A stretch of 64,000 nucleotides of DNA, from contig WGMP01000011.1 of the NCBI GenBank assembly GCA_016124975.1, positions 5,693 through 69,692 on the forward strand. Direction: 5' to 3'. How positions within the stretch are numbered: the stretch's first letter is position 1; each line of letters starts with the position of its first letter. The notes beneath the pieces are model-generated. The model worked only from the letters and a program-made list of their open reading frames with translations, had not been told where the DNA came from and did no database searches. The position numbers and the translations under genes are program-made. Positions 20,511 through 30,833 of the stretch are shown here, in pieces. Source of the DNA: Phycisphaera sp. (GTDB lineage: Bacteria > Planctomycetota > Phycisphaerae > Phycisphaerales > SM1A02).

Positions 20511-22199
20511 ATGCTCTCCCTTGCCCTCCCTGCGTCGCTTCTGCACGCGCTCGCGTCGCTGCTCGCCGGAGTCCTCGTCGCCATCGCACCACCGCCCGCG
20601 GCGACGGATCTGCCTTCCGTCGACCCTGCGAAGATTCGTGCACATATCGAGGAGTTCGCCTCCGACGAGATGAACGGCCGCTACTTCCGCAGCCCAGAGG
20701 GCAAGCGCGCCGCGCAGTGGCTCGCCGACAAGCTGGCCGAGGCGGGCGCCGTGCCGCTCGAGGGCCGTGACTCGATGCTCGTGCCCGTCGCGCGCGTGCC
20801 CGACGCCGCGCCCAATGTGGTCGGATGGCTTCCGCCGAAGGGCCCGAAGCCGAGCGGCGAGTACATCCTCGTGACCGCGCACTTCGACCACCTGCCGCCC
20901 GCGCAGACAGGCGAGGACCGCATCTACAACGGCGCGGACGACAACGCGAGCGGCGTCGCAGGCATGATCGCCGTCGCGAACGCGCTGCGGAACGACGCGC
21001 TCGACGTGGGCGTCGTCTTCGTCGGCTTCACGGGCGAGGAATCGGGCCTCATTGGAAGCCGCGCGTTCCTCGAGGAGGAGACGCTGCCCCCAGCGCGCAT
21101 CCGCGGGCTCTTCAACATGGACATGATCTCGCGCCAGCCCGACGGCGCGATCCGCCTCGACGGCGGCCCCAAGGGAAAGATCCTCGTCGATCTCCTCGTG
21201 CGCCTGGCACCGCGCGTGCCGATCGAGATGAAGGTCGACACGCACCCCGACTGGCTCGACCGCAGCGACCAGGGTCCGTTCCTGCGCATCGGAATCCCCT
21301 CCGTCCTCTTCAGCTGCGAGGACCACGAGGACTACCACCAGGTCACAGACCACGCCGACAAGGTCGACGAGCACCTCGCTGCACGGACGGCGACGCTGGT
21401 CGCGCTTGCGGTGCGCACCTATGCGAGAGAGATGGCGCCGCGCTTCGATCTCTCCCCCGTGCTCGGCGCGGACGGCGCGCAGGCCCGCACGATCCGCGTC
21501 GGACGCACGCTGCCGAACGCACCCTGGTGGCAGCCCGCCACACGCCGCAGCCAGGACCGCGGGCTTGACGCAGCGATTCTCGCGGCGCTCGCGAAGGAGA
21601 CGGGCTGGACCTTCGAGGAGAAGCAGGTCGCGCCTGGCGAACAGGCCGCGGCGCTTGCAAACGGAGAGGTCGACATCGTCGTCAACGGCGCGTCGGCGTC
21701 GCTTGCGGGAACTGCGGGTCTTGCGCGCTCGCTCGCTGCGGTCGAGCCCGCCTATCTCGACCGAAGCGGCCCTGCGCTCCTTGTCGCGAAGGACTCGCCG
21801 ATCTCCGCGGAGTCCGATCTCTCGACGCTGAGGATCGCCGTCCGCGCGGGCTCCGCGCCCGCGCTGCACCTCGCCACCCGCGAACCGGCCGTGAAGGCGA
21901 TCGTCGTCACGGAACCGGACGGTGCGATCGCGACGATGATCTCGAAGGGCGAGCTCGACGCCTTCGCGGGCGACGCGCTCTCGCTCGAACTGCGCGCCGC
22001 GCGCGACCCCGCCTATCGCGTCGTGCGGCTCGGCGCGGTGCCGACGGCGATCCTCGTTCGCGCAGACGACGCACCGTTGCGCGACGCCCTCGGCAAGTCG
22101 CTCGGCCGCGCGCTCGAGTCCGCAGAGTGGCGCGCCGCCGTCGACAAGCACGCCGCACGCGCACCCGCGCCCGCTTCGGCACCCGCGTCGGCGCCGTGA
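20511..22199 (+). CDS. M28-family aminopeptidase domain fused to a periplasmic solute-binding (family 3-like) domain
   Basis: ATG at 20511 (MLSLALPASLL signal). M28 motifs are TAHFDH, GADDNASGVAGMIAVA and FTGEESGLIGS. The C-terminal roughly 230 aa (IRVGRTLPNAPWWQ...VDIVVNGASAS...) resembles an amino-acid ABC substrate-binding fold. Confidence 0.8.
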   Translation: MLSLALPASLLHALASLLAGVLVAIAPPPAATDLPSVDPAKIRAHIEEFASDEMNGRYFRSPEGKRAAQWLADKLAEAGAVPLEGRDSMLVPVARVPDAAPNVVGWLPPKGPKPSGEYILVTAHFDHLPPAQTGEDRIYNGADDNASGVAGMIAVANALRNDALDVGVVFVGFTGEESGLIGSRAFLEEETLPPARIRGLFNMDMISRQPDGAIRLDGGPKGKILVDLLVRLAPRVPIEMKVDTHPDWLDRSDQGPFLRIGIPSVLFSCEDHEDYHQVTDHADKVDEHLAARTATLVALAVRTYAREMAPRFDLSPVLGADGAQARTIRVGRTLPNAPWWQPATRRSQDRGLDAAILAALAKETGWTFEEKQVAPGEQAAALANGEVDIVVNGASASLAGTAGLARSLAAVEPAYLDRSGPALLVAKDSPISAESDLSTLRIAVRAGSAPALHLATREPAVKAIVVTEPDGAIATMISKGELDAFAGDALSLELRAARDPAYRVVRLGAVPTAILVRADDAPLRDALGKSLGRALESAEWRAAVDKHAARAPAPASAPASAP

Positions 22200-22291
22200 C
22201 CGCTGCATCGCGTGGACACGCTGTGGATCTCCTGTGACGGCTTCGCGTCATCTTTGCAGGAACCATGCGCGCCGCACCGTAGTCTGCGCGG

Positions 22292-24217
22292 ATGCGCCCT
22301 TCAGAATCCATCGCGACTCCCGCCGCCGCGCTCATCGCCGCCTGCGCAGCGCTCGCCTCCCCCGCCGCCGCGTCGCCGCATGACGGCATCCATGACGGGG
22401 CTCACGGCGGCATCCGCTCCGACGGCCACCACCGCGCGATGCCCACCTTCGCGGTCGTGGCGCCCGCGCCCGACTTCGTGCGCGCGCAGGCCTCGCGGTT
22501 CAGCTTCGGATCGAGCGCGTTCTCGCTCATCGGCATCCCCGACACGCAGAACTACTCGAGTTCGTTCCCGCAGATCTTCACCGCGCAGACGGAATGGGTC
22601 GTCGCCAACCGCGACGAGCTCGACATCCGCTATGTGTCGCACTACGGCGACATCGTCAACAATGCGGACAACCTCGTGCAGTGGCAGCGCGCGGACGCTT
22701 CGATGGGCGTCCTCGACGCGGCGGGCGTCCCCTACGGCTACTGCCCGGGCAACCACGACATCACGCCGAGCGGCTCGATCGGCGAACCCTACATCCCCGC
22801 GAACTACCTCGCGTTCTTCGGGCCCGACAGGCTCGAGGGGCGCCCGTGGTTCGGCGGCGCGTCGCCCTCGGGGATGTCGACCTACACGCTCTTCAGCGCG
22901 GGGGGCGTCGAGTTCCTGCAGATCCACCTCGACTGCGACACGCCCGTCGCGGAGCTTGCGTGGGCGCAGGGCATCCTCGACTCGCACAAGCACATGCCCG
23001 CGATGCTCACTACGCACCGCTACCTGCAGGACGCGGAGGACTACACGAGCGGTGTACCGCTCGTTCCCTCTGGCCGCTATCCGCCCGTGTGGTACCAGGT
23101 CGAGCCCGTCTACCACCCGAATGGGATCCAGGCCGAGGAGTTCTTCCGCTGGTTCGTGCGCACGAACGCCAATGTCTTCCTCGTGACCTGCGGGCACTTC
23201 CACGAGGAGTTCCGCCAGACGAGCGTGAACGTGGCGGGCCTCCCTGTCCACGAGGTGCTCGCCGACTTCCAGGACGACCCGAACGGCGGCGACGGCTGGA
23301 TGCGCATCATGACCTTCGACACCGCCGCGAGCACGATCGAGGTCGACACCTATTCGCCGACGCTCGCAGCCGTGCGCACCGCGGATGAGAGCGACTTCAC
23401 GCTCGCGGTGGCCTTCGATGCGTATCGCACGCCCGCAGGCGTCGCGTTCCGCGCGTTTCAGCAGGGAATCAACGGCTACGCGGGCACGCAGGACACCTGG
23501 GTGAGCCAGCAGAACCCGAATGCGAGCTACGGGGAGAACGACACGCGCGTCTCGGACGACGACACCGCGAACTCGTTCTTTGCGGATTTCCGCGGACAGG
23601 CGCTCGTGCGCTTCGACGGCATCGTGCGCGCGGCGGGCGCGGAGGGAGTCGGCGTGCCGCTCGGGGCGACGGTGCTCGAGGCCACGCTCGTCCTCGACAT
23701 CGCAGACGACATCGACACGCCGCTCTTCGACCCTGAGTTCCTCGTCTACGCCGTGACGCGCCCGTGGAACGAGTCGTCGACCTGGAACTCGCTCGGGAAC
23801 GGCCTCTCGCCCGGCGACGACCTCGGGAGCCTTCTTGCGACCTTCTCAGGCGACAACTCGCCCGACGACGACTCGATGCGCCGAATCGACATCACCTCCG
23901 CAGTGCAGGCGTGGGTGAACGGCGCACCAAACCACGGCGTGGCGATCCTTCCCGAGATCATCTCAGGGAACGACGACGGCATCGTGCTGCGCGCAAGCGA
24001 GAACACGAACACCATCCTTCGTCCGCGCCTCGAGGTGACCTATGTCGACCGCGATCCGCTCGATGCGGCGGACCTCGACAGGGACGGCGCCGTCGGGGCC
24101 GTGGACCTCGCGCTTCTCCTCTCCGCGTGGGGAACGACCGATTTCGCGGCCGACATCGACGACGACGGAATCGTGGGCGCGAGCGATCTTGCGCGTCTCC
24201 TCGGCGCATGGGGATGA
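22292..24217 (+). CDS. Secreted calcineurin-like metallophosphoesterase with a middle carbohydrate-binding/DNRLRE-like region and a C-terminal dockerin-like double repeat
   Basis: Signal peptide AALIAACAALASPAAA. Phosphoesterase motifs are GDIVNN, GNHD and CGHFHEE. The C-terminus is DLDRDGAVGAVDLALLLSAWG...DIDDDGIVGASDLARLLGAWG. Confidence 0.8.
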   Translation: MRPSESIATPAAALIAACAALASPAAASPHDGIHDGAHGGIRSDGHHRAMPTFAVVAPAPDFVRAQASRFSFGSSAFSLIGIPDTQNYSSSFPQIFTAQTEWVVANRDELDIRYVSHYGDIVNNADNLVQWQRADASMGVLDAAGVPYGYCPGNHDITPSGSIGEPYIPANYLAFFGPDRLEGRPWFGGASPSGMSTYTLFSAGGVEFLQIHLDCDTPVAELAWAQGILDSHKHMPAMLTTHRYLQDAEDYTSGVPLVPSGRYPPVWYQVEPVYHPNGIQAEEFFRWFVRTNANVFLVTCGHFHEEFRQTSVNVAGLPVHEVLADFQDDPNGGDGWMRIMTFDTAASTIEVDTYSPTLAAVRTADESDFTLAVAFDAYRTPAGVAFRAFQQGINGYAGTQDTWVSQQNPNASYGENDTRVSDDDTANSFFADFRGQALVRFDGIVRAAGAEGVGVPLGATVLEATLVLDIADDIDTPLFDPEFLVYAVTRPWNESSTWNSLGNGLSPGDDLGSLLATFSGDNSPDDDSMRRIDITSAVQAWVNGAPNHGVAILPEIISGNDDGIVLRASENTNTILRPRLEVTYVDRDPLDAADLDRDGAVGAVDLALLLSAWGTTDFAADIDDDGIVGASDLARLLGAWG

Positions 24218-24255
24218 CGGCACGCGAGGATCGCGGGCCGCCGTAGGATGCGCCG

Positions 24256-25122
24256 ATGCACGCCGTTCCAGCACCCGCCGACGAGCAGCTTCGCCTTCGA
24301 GTCGAGCTCATGCGTGCGCTCGCGGACCGCGCCGGCACCGTCGCGATGCGCCACTTCCAGTCGGCCGCGCTCGGCATGCGCACCAAGCCCGACGCCTCCC
24401 CCGTCACCGACGCCGACCTCGAGATCGAGGCGATGCTGCGCGGGCAGATCGCTGCGGACTTTCCGAACGACGGCGTGCTCGGCGAGGAGCATGGGGCGCA
24501 GGATGGACGGAGCGGCTTCCGCTGGGTGATCGATCCGATCGACGGGACCATCTCCTTCGCGGCGGGCGTGCCGCTCTTCGGAACGCTCATCGGGCTCGAG
24601 CATGGCGAGGGCGCCGCGCGCGAGGTGGTCGCGGGGATCTGCGCGATGCCTGCGCTCGGCGAGCGCGTGTGGGCCGCGCGGGGCCAGGGAGCGTGGTGGG
24701 AGCGCCGTGACGAAGGCGGCGCCACGCATCGCAGCGCCGCACGCGTCCGTCCCGCGGTTCCGCTCGCGCGCGCACTCGTCTGCACGACGGGCCTCGAGTA
24801 CTTCGAGCGCGCGGGCCGCACCGACGCACTCGTCGCGGCGGCGCGCGCTGCGGGCCGCGTCCGAGGCTGGAGCGACTGCTACGGCGGCATGCTCGTCGCC
24901 ACGGGCCGCGCCGACGCGTGGTTCGACCCCGTGATGAACCCGTGGGATTCGGGCCCCTTCCCCGTGATCTTCGCGGAGGCTGGCGGCGTCTTCACAGACT
25001 GGCGCGGCCACACCGACATCCACGGCGGCAGCGCGGTCGCGGCAGCGCCCGCGCTCCACGCAGAGCTTCTCGCGCTCCTTCAGGAAAGCGCGTCCCACTC
25101 GGGTCCGAACGCAAACTCGTAG
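24256..25122 (+). CDS. Inositol monophosphatase family protein (HisN/SuhB-like)
   Basis: Motifs VTDADLEIE, WVIDPIDGT and WDSGP. Its 3' end overlaps the convergent sulfotransferase gene by about 43 nt. Confidence 0.85.
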   Translation: MHAVPAPADEQLRLRVELMRALADRAGTVAMRHFQSAALGMRTKPDASPVTDADLEIEAMLRGQIAADFPNDGVLGEEHGAQDGRSGFRWVIDPIDGTISFAAGVPLFGTLIGLEHGEGAAREVVAGICAMPALGERVWAARGQGAWWERRDEGGATHRSAARVRPAVPLARALVCTTGLEYFERAGRTDALVAAARAAGRVRGWSDCYGGMLVATGRADAWFDPVMNPWDSGPFPVIFAEAGGVFTDWRGHTDIHGGSAVAAAPALHAELLALLQESASHSGPNANS

Positions 25123-26525
25123 TTCCGCCAGCGCCCGATGCTCGAGCGGTTGATGGGCCGCCGCACCTGCTCGTGCGACAGCGTGAGCACGGTGCGACGG
25201 TTCGCCTCGGGAGAGAGCACGCACGGATCGAACGGAACGCCGAGGGCCTCGAGCACGCGGCGAAGCTCGCGTTCGGGCGACTCGACCAGCTCCTCGTAGA
25301 CGATGTCGACCTTTCGCAGGCCGAGCGCCTCGAACGCGACCGGCACGACGCGGCGCTCGAGCGCGATCATGCGACGGATCGCCTCGAGGCTCGCGGTGAA
25401 TCCCCACGACTGCGGATGGAAGTTCGAGAGGAACATGCTGACCGCGATGTCGCGTGGGTCGCGCACGATGCGGACAAGCGACGCGCCGCCAAGCACCGCC
25501 GCGACCGCGGGCAGCGACCGCCACGCCTGCAGTGTCTTGTCGAAGGTGCACGAGGCTCCATCGCGCCTGCGCGCGAGGGCGCCACGCAGGTACGCCGCCC
25601 GCAGGCGCTCGCACTCGCCGCGGGAGAGCGCATGAAGCTGCGCGGGCCATGCGCCGAGCGAAACGAGCTCGTCACGCATCGCTCCGACTCCCTCGTACTC
25701 GCCGATTCCGCAGATGGCGGGATGGCGGTCGAGCATCTGCTCGAGGAGGGTCGTCCCGCTGCGAGGCATGCCCACCACGAGCGCGCACCCTTCGACGGGC
25801 GGCAGCGTCGGACGGAACGCCGCGCCCCGACGCTCGATCCACCGGAGCTGCTCCATGAGGTCCGACTCGAGCCCGCCGACATCAAAGGTCGGCGTGGTCG
25901 CCGCGTGCGTTGCGCGGGCAAGCTCGAAGGCCTCGCGATGCCGCCCGTCGGCGTCGAGCATGCGCACGGCCTCGAAGCCTGCGATTCGCTTGAGCGGCGC
26001 GCCGCGCGCGGTCCGCGCGATGCGCTCGAACTCGGCCAGCCCTCCGCTTCGGTCGGAACGCGCGAGCACCCGCGCCGCATGCAGCGCGGCACGCTCGTCC
26101 TTACGCCACGCGCCTCCCTCGGCGAGCAGGGCGCGGAGCTCATCGTGCCGCGCCGCGCGGTGCAGCATCTCCGCCAGCGCCAAGGTTGCCTCGGCGTCTT
26201 CTCCCGCGTGCTCGGCCCGAAGCGCCTGCAGACGCTCGATCGCGGCATCCGTCCTGCCGAGCCTGTGCTCCACCACCGCCTTCAGGAGCCGAAGGCGCTG
26301 CTCCCTCGGCGAGAGCACAAGTCCTCGGTCGATGGTCTCGCTGACCTCGTCCAGTCGCCCGAGGGCGAGAAGCGCGCGCGCCATCGCCACGAGCGCCGCA
26401 AGCGATCTCGGCGCACGCGAGAGCGCCGTCCGCGCCTCCTCGAACGCCTCCGCGTGGCGTCCAGAGGCGAGCAGTCGCTCGATCGCGGCGGTCGGGTCCG
26501 AGGGTTGGGACGGGCGAGGCTTCAT
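25080..26525 (-). CDS. TPR-repeat plus sulfotransferase-domain protein
   Basis: The N-terminal half consists of Ala/Leu-rich TPR-like helices. The C-terminal half has the PAPS-binding motif GMPRSGTTLLEQML and RDPRDIAVS. Confidence 0.8.
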   Translation of the reverse strand: MKPRPSQPSDPTAAIERLLASGRHAEAFEEARTALSRAPRSLAALVAMARALLALGRLDEVSETIDRGLVLSPREQRLRLLKAVVEHRLGRTDAAIERLQALRAEHAGEDAEATLALAEMLHRAARHDELRALLAEGGAWRKDERAALHAARVLARSDRSGGLAEFERIARTARGAPLKRIAGFEAVRMLDADGRHREAFELARATHAATTPTFDVGGLESDLMEQLRWIERRGAAFRPTLPPVEGCALVVGMPRSGTTLLEQMLDRHPAICGIGEYEGVGAMRDELVSLGAWPAQLHALSRGECERLRAAYLRGALARRRDGASCTFDKTLQAWRSLPAVAAVLGGASLVRIVRDPRDIAVSMFLSNFHPQSWGFTASLEAIRRMIALERRVVPVAFEALGLRKVDIVYEELVESPERELRRVLEALGVPFDPCVLSPEANRRTVLTLSHEQVRRPINRSSIGRWRNYEFAFGPEWDALS

Positions 26526-27158
26526 CTGGCGGATCGATCGGGCAGCGCCCGCCCGCTTCCGGCGGCGGCTCCCTGCGCGCTCTGTTCCATCGGAATGCGG
26601 GGCGGTTCTGCGGTGTGATTGTGTTGGAAACCAAGAAACGGGAGCGCCTCGGCTTGGTCATCGGATGAGAAAGTCCGAGAACCTTTTCCTTCATCCGAAG
26701 ATCGGGGTCATTCCGAGGGTTTCGCCAAGTCCGAACTGGACTTCTCCTGAAGAGGAGGCACTCTCACCATCGGAAGGAGGGATGGGGCCGTTCCGCAGGA
26801 CACCTGCGGCGGAGCCGTCCCCGTATGCCGTTTCCCGAGAGTCGGTCACGACCCGAGGAGACTCGAGCATGCAGGGTTGAGTCACGGGCGTGCGACGCGG
26901 AGCTCTGGTCTTCTGGAGTTGTTCGCGCCGGTTCGCCTGAGGCTCGGCTCGGTTCCGCCCTCGTGGATGCAGCCGGTGTGAAAGAAGCCCGAGCGCTGTC
27001 TTGTCGCGTGCTCCTCCGTGGCCCGAGGCCCCATGGAGCGCGTCGAACGAAACAGCCAGCCTCGGCCTGTCGGTCGCCCTCTCTCGGTTCCTGCTGTCTG
27101 GACCCGTGTTCCCTTGCGGGGTCAATCCCGCGCCTCAGATCTTGGAGTACTTGAAACC

Positions 27159-27710
27159 ATGAAGCTCGCCCTTGCCGCCACCACTCTCGCAGGCGTCATC
27201 GCCTCCGCCGCGTCCGCTGATGTCACCATCAACTTCACGGACCAGACCTTCACCGGCTTCAACTTCAACCAGCTGTTCGGCCCCTCGAGCGGCCAGTTCG
27301 TGGTCGGAACTCTCACGGGCGTCTCCGTGAACGCCACGCTGACCGCCTCCACGAACTTCACCTACGCCGACGATCTCTGCATCTATGTGGACGCTGAGCC
27401 GCTCTCGACCGGCGGCCTCCTTCAGGTCGGCGGCTTCTCGAACCTCAGCGCGGCGCAGCGCATCTTCTGGGGCAACGGCGGCTCCAACGTGCCCGGAACG
27501 ACCGTGATCGACTCCGTGACCGTCAATCCGCTCGTCTTCACGGGCACGGCAGCCGACGCCGCCATCTGGCTCGGCAACGGCTACGGAGCCTCGGGTACCT
27601 CGGGTACCTGGACGGGCAGCGTCACGCTGATCGGCGTCGAAGTCATCCCCGCCCCGGGCGCGATGGCCCTCCTCGGCCTCGCCGGCCTCGCCGGTCGTCG
27701 TCGTCGCTGA
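27159..27710 (+). CDS. Secreted protein with a PEP-CTERM-like sorting tail (PAP variant)
   Basis: ATG at 27159 (MKLALAATTLAGVIASAASA signal). The C-terminus is IPAPGAMALLGLAGLAGRRRR: motif, hydrophobic helix and Arg cluster. Confidence 0.8.
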   Translation: MKLALAATTLAGVIASAASADVTINFTDQTFTGFNFNQLFGPSSGQFVVGTLTGVSVNATLTASTNFTYADDLCIYVDAEPLSTGGLLQVGGFSNLSAAQRIFWGNGGSNVPGTTVIDSVTVNPLVFTGTAADAAIWLGNGYGASGTSGTWTGSVTLIGVEVIPAPGAMALLGLAGLAGRRRR

Positions 27711-27736
27711 GTTCAAATCCTTCTCGTCGACTCTTC

Positions 27737-27775
27737 CCGCCGCGCGGCATCCTGGATGCCGCGCGGCGGTCTTTC
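27737..27775 (+). terminator. Rho-independent terminator after the PEP-CTERM-like gene
   Basis: A 14-bp GC stem, CCGCCGCGCGGCAT (27737-27750) pairing with ATGCCGCGCGGCGG (27756-27769), followed by TCTTTCC. It overlaps the first codons of ORF 27756, which argues for the downstream patatin start. Confidence 0.6.
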
Positions 27776-27818
27776 CATGGCCGTGCGGCGCACCAATCGC
27801 CTCTGTACATTTCGCGCC

Positions 27819-29042
27819 ATGTCCACGCACCATCGGCGACGCCTCGCGGAGAGGCTTGCCCTCCTGCTCTCGCCAGTCGCCCTCGGAACCGCGCTGTTCC
27901 TTCAGGGCTGCGCCCGCATTCGCCCCGTCTCCACGGAGACGGACCTCCTCGTCCGCCGCGAGGTGCTTGCAGAGAAGCACGCGGAGACGCTGCGGCGGCA
28001 GTTCGGCGCGCTCTACGCGGGCATCAGGGACGAGTACGAGGCCAAGCGCGCCGAGGGCTCGACAGAGCCACCGACCTGCGACATCCTCATCATCTCGGGC
28101 GGCGGCGACTACGGCGCGTTCGGCGCGGGCTTCCTGAAGGGATGGGGCGCGGTCGGCAACGAGGGAATTCCACGGCCCGCGTTCGAGGTCGTCTCTGGTG
28201 TCTCGACGGGCGCCTTGATCGCGCCGTTTGCCTACCTCGGTTCGGACGAGGACTACGACGAGGTCGTCGAGCTCTACAGCAATCCGAAGGACGACTGGGT
28301 TCGCGAGCGCGGGCTCCTCTTCTTCCTGCCCGCGAACGAGAGCTTCGCGGAGGTTCCGGGCCTCGAGCGCGAGGTCCGCACCGCGTTCGGCGAGGAGCGC
28401 ATCGCGCGCATCGCCGCCGAGAGCGCGCGTGGGCGCCTGCTCGTCGTGAACACCACGGATCTCGATGACGGCGGCAGCAGGCCGTTCGAGCTCTCCCACA
28501 TCGCAGCCGACGCCGCGCGCACGGGCGACCCGTCGAAGTTCCACGACCTTCTGCTCGCGTCTTCGGGGATTCCCGGCGCGTTCCCTCCGCGCGAGATCGA
28601 GTCTGGCCTCTATGTCGACGGCGGCGTGACGAGCAACATCCTCTATGGCGGCGACCTGAAGCGAAACAGGGGCCTGCGCACGCTCTGGGGCGAGATCGCG
28701 CCAGGGCTTCCGCCGCTGCGGGTCCGCTACTTCGTCATCCTCAACAACTCGCTGAACGCCACCCCGCAGACCACGCAGCGGAGCTGGGTTGCCGTGATCG
28801 AGCGGAGCGTCGAGCTCGCCGTGCGCGCCTCGACGCTGACGGCGCTCAGGCACCTGCTTGCGCTCGCGCACATCGCGAACCTCGAGGGCGACACCACGGC
28901 GGAAGTGCGCATCGTGGCCATTCCCGACGACTGGCGCCCGCCCGTCCCGGGGGTGTTCAAGGAGGAGACGATGCGGGCGCTCGAGAAGCTCGGCGAGGAG
29001 ATGGGGCGCGATCCGTCGTCGTGGCGGACGGAACTCGACTGA
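27819..29042 (+). CDS. Patatin-like phospholipase (probable lipoprotein)
   Basis: ATG at 27819 (MSTHHRRRLAERLALLLSPVALGTALFLQGC). Oxyanion motif ISGGGDYGAFGAG, nucleophile motif GVSTG, and the Asp-Gly DGG. Confidence 0.85.
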   Translation: MSTHHRRRLAERLALLLSPVALGTALFLQGCARIRPVSTETDLLVRREVLAEKHAETLRRQFGALYAGIRDEYEAKRAEGSTEPPTCDILIISGGGDYGAFGAGFLKGWGAVGNEGIPRPAFEVVSGVSTGALIAPFAYLGSDEDYDEVVELYSNPKDDWVRERGLLFFLPANESFAEVPGLEREVRTAFGEERIARIAAESARGRLLVVNTTDLDDGGSRPFELSHIAADAARTGDPSKFHDLLLASSGIPGAFPPREIESGLYVDGGVTSNILYGGDLKRNRGLRTLWGEIAPGLPPLRVRYFVILNNSLNATPQTTQRSWVAVIERSVELAVRASTLTALRHLLALAHIANLEGDTTAEVRIVAIPDDWRPPVPGVFKEETMRALEKLGEEMGRDPSSWRTELD

Positions 29043-29092
29043 CGCGGGAGTGGAGTGACGGGACGCGGCGCTCCCCGCAACGCGGACGCCGC

Positions 29093-30562
29093 TCAACCGA
29101 GCAGGAGCCACGCCATCGCCACGATCACGCCGAAGGAAACGATGTCGAGGAGCGCGCCCGCGCGCATCATGTCCTGCGCGCGGACATGACCCGACGCGTA
29201 GACGAGCGCGTTCGGCGGCGTGCCGACGGGCATCGCAAACGACCAGCTCGCCGCGAACACGGCGGGAATGACGAGGAACTCGGGAGGAAGACCGAGGCCA
29301 GGCGCAAGCGCGCCGACCACGGGAACCGCCATTGCGGAGATCGCCGTGTTCGACGCGATCTCGCTCGCGACGATCATCGTGCCGACGAGGACCGCGAGCA
29401 CCGCGATCGACGGCAGAGCGCCTGTGGCCGCGATGACCTCGCCGATCTTCGCAGAGAGCCCCGTACGCTCCATCGTGGCCGCGAGGCACAACCCGCCGCC
29501 GAAGAGGATCAGCACTCGCCACGGCACGCGCGCGAAGTCCGCGGGCTCGAGCATGCGCTCCCCGCGGCGCTCGCCGCTCGGCAGGAAGAAGAGACTCAGC
29601 GCCGCGATCACACCGACTGTGCCCTCGCGGATCCCCGGGACGAACCGGTCGTAGAGCGGCATCGTCATCCATGCGAGGACCGCGACGGCGAAGACCGCGA
29701 GCGAGACGATCTCGTCGCGCGAGAGCGGTCCGCGCGCCTCGTCGGCACGCTCGATGACGAGCCCGCGCGCAGGGAACAGGACGACGCCGAGGAGCAGCAC
29801 CGCCAGCGGGAGGAAGACGGCCGTGGCGGGCACGCTGAAGGCCATCCATCCGAGGAAGGTGGTCTCGATGCCGCTTTCCCGCAGCCAGTTCACGGCGATC
29901 ATGTTCGGCGGCGTTCCGATGATCGTAAGGACACCGCCGATGCTTGCGCCGAAGGCGACGCCGAGGAGGAGCGAGGTCAGGAAGCGCGTGGCAGCCGCAC
30001 GCTCGGCATCGTCGCGCGCGCGCGACACCGCGCCGCCCCCGAGCGCGAGCGCGAGCGGCAGCATCGTCGCGCTCGTCGCGAGATTCGAGACGCACGCGCT
30101 GAGAAGCGCCGACGCGACCATCACCGCCGAGAGAACGCGCAGCGGCGACGAACCCGCGACGCGGATGAGCGCGGCCGCGAAGCGCGCGGAGACGCCGCTC
30201 CGCTCGAGCGAGTAGGCAAGAAGCGCGCCGCCACCGAAGAGGAAGATGACATCGCTTGCGTAGGGCGAGGTGATCTGCGACGCGGAGCCGATGCCGAGCA
30301 GCGCAAACGCGATCACTGGCACGAGCCCTGTCACGGCGGGGTCGATCGCGAGCGTCACCCACCAGGTCGCCATCAGCGCGAGGACCGCGAGGGTCCATGA
30401 CGCGTCTGCGGGAAGTCCTCCGAGCGCCATCGCCTGCGGATGCGTCAGGCAGAGCGCCGCGAGCGCGAGCACGGGGCCGAGGAACCTGCCGATGCGCGCA
30501 GCGCTGCCTCCCACCCCTCCATCGGGCTCGTCCAGGGTTGCCTGGCTGCGCGCGTCGCTCAT
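29093..30562 (-). CDS. DASS/SLC13-family anion (di/tricarboxylate or sulfate):cation symporter
   Basis: Start at the internal ATG at 30562 ([10 protein letters not shown]). Multi-pass membrane protein with repeated SN..T/SNTA hairpin motifs ([26 protein letters not shown]). The upstream 203 codons are antisense to the fasciclin gene. Confidence 0.85.
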   Translation of the reverse strand: MSDARSQATLDEPDGGVGGSAARIGRFLGPVLALAALCLTHPQAMALGGLPADASWTLAVLALMATWWVTLAIDPAVTGLVPVIAFALLGIGSASQITSPYASDVIFLFGGGALLAYSLERSGVSARFAAALIRVAGSSPLRVLSAVMVASALLSACVSNLATSATMLPLALALGGGAVSRARDDAERAAATRFLTSLLLGVAFGASIGGVLTIIGTPPNMIAVNWLRESGIETTFLGWMAFSVPATAVFLPLAVLLLGVVLFPARGLVIERADEARGPLSRDEIVSLAVFAVAVLAWMTMPLYDRFVPGIREGTVGVIAALSLFFLPSGERRGERMLEPADFARVPWRVLILFGGGLCLAATMERTGLSAKIGEVIAATGALPSIAVLAVLVGTMIVASEIASNTAISAMAVPVVGALAPGLGLPPEFLVIPAVFAASWSFAMPVGTPPNALVYASGHVRAQDMMRAGALLDIVSFGVIVAMAWLLLG

Positions 30563-30833
30563 GGCGCGGACAATACCCGAGCGCACGGATCGTGCGGACG
30601 CGCGAACGGAGCGGCGCCTGTCGCCCATACTGAACAATTCCGCGGTTCCCGCGACGCGCACTGCATCCAAGGACACGGGCACGGTCGAAGCCAAGGGCCT
30701 CACGGGCTGCCGCGCGACGCGCGATGGCCCGACAAGTTCGTACGCCTGTGGTTCGGAGGTGCGGCGTCCGCTTCGGAGTGTTCCGAAGGGGTGTTTCGTC
30801 CGCTCCGAGGCAGGCCAACAGAGGAGTCCATCC

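Noticed and set aside
20451-22208. ORF 20451..22208 (-, 585 aa), plus 36230..38815 (-, 861 aa), 46931..48841 N-terminal part, 51146..53323 (+, 725 aa), 54989..57748 N-terminal part and 57573..59033 (-)
   Set aside because: Each is the antisense shadow of a motif-supported gene (M28 peptidase, transglutaminase-esterase, AKR, DoxX/zinc-ribbon pair, isomerase/small secreted protein, sulfatase). Only the terminal portions that do not overlap a better gene were kept: the amidohydrolase, the orphan at 54989..56230 and the DCC fragment.
26691-27154. ORFs 26691..27125 (-, 144 aa) and 26825..27154 (+, 109 aa) inside the long intergenic region
   Set aside because: They have no signal, motif or plausible start context, their Arg/Ser/Pro-rich translations are unconvincing, and they overlap each other. 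The region is treated as non-coding and reported as a finding instead.
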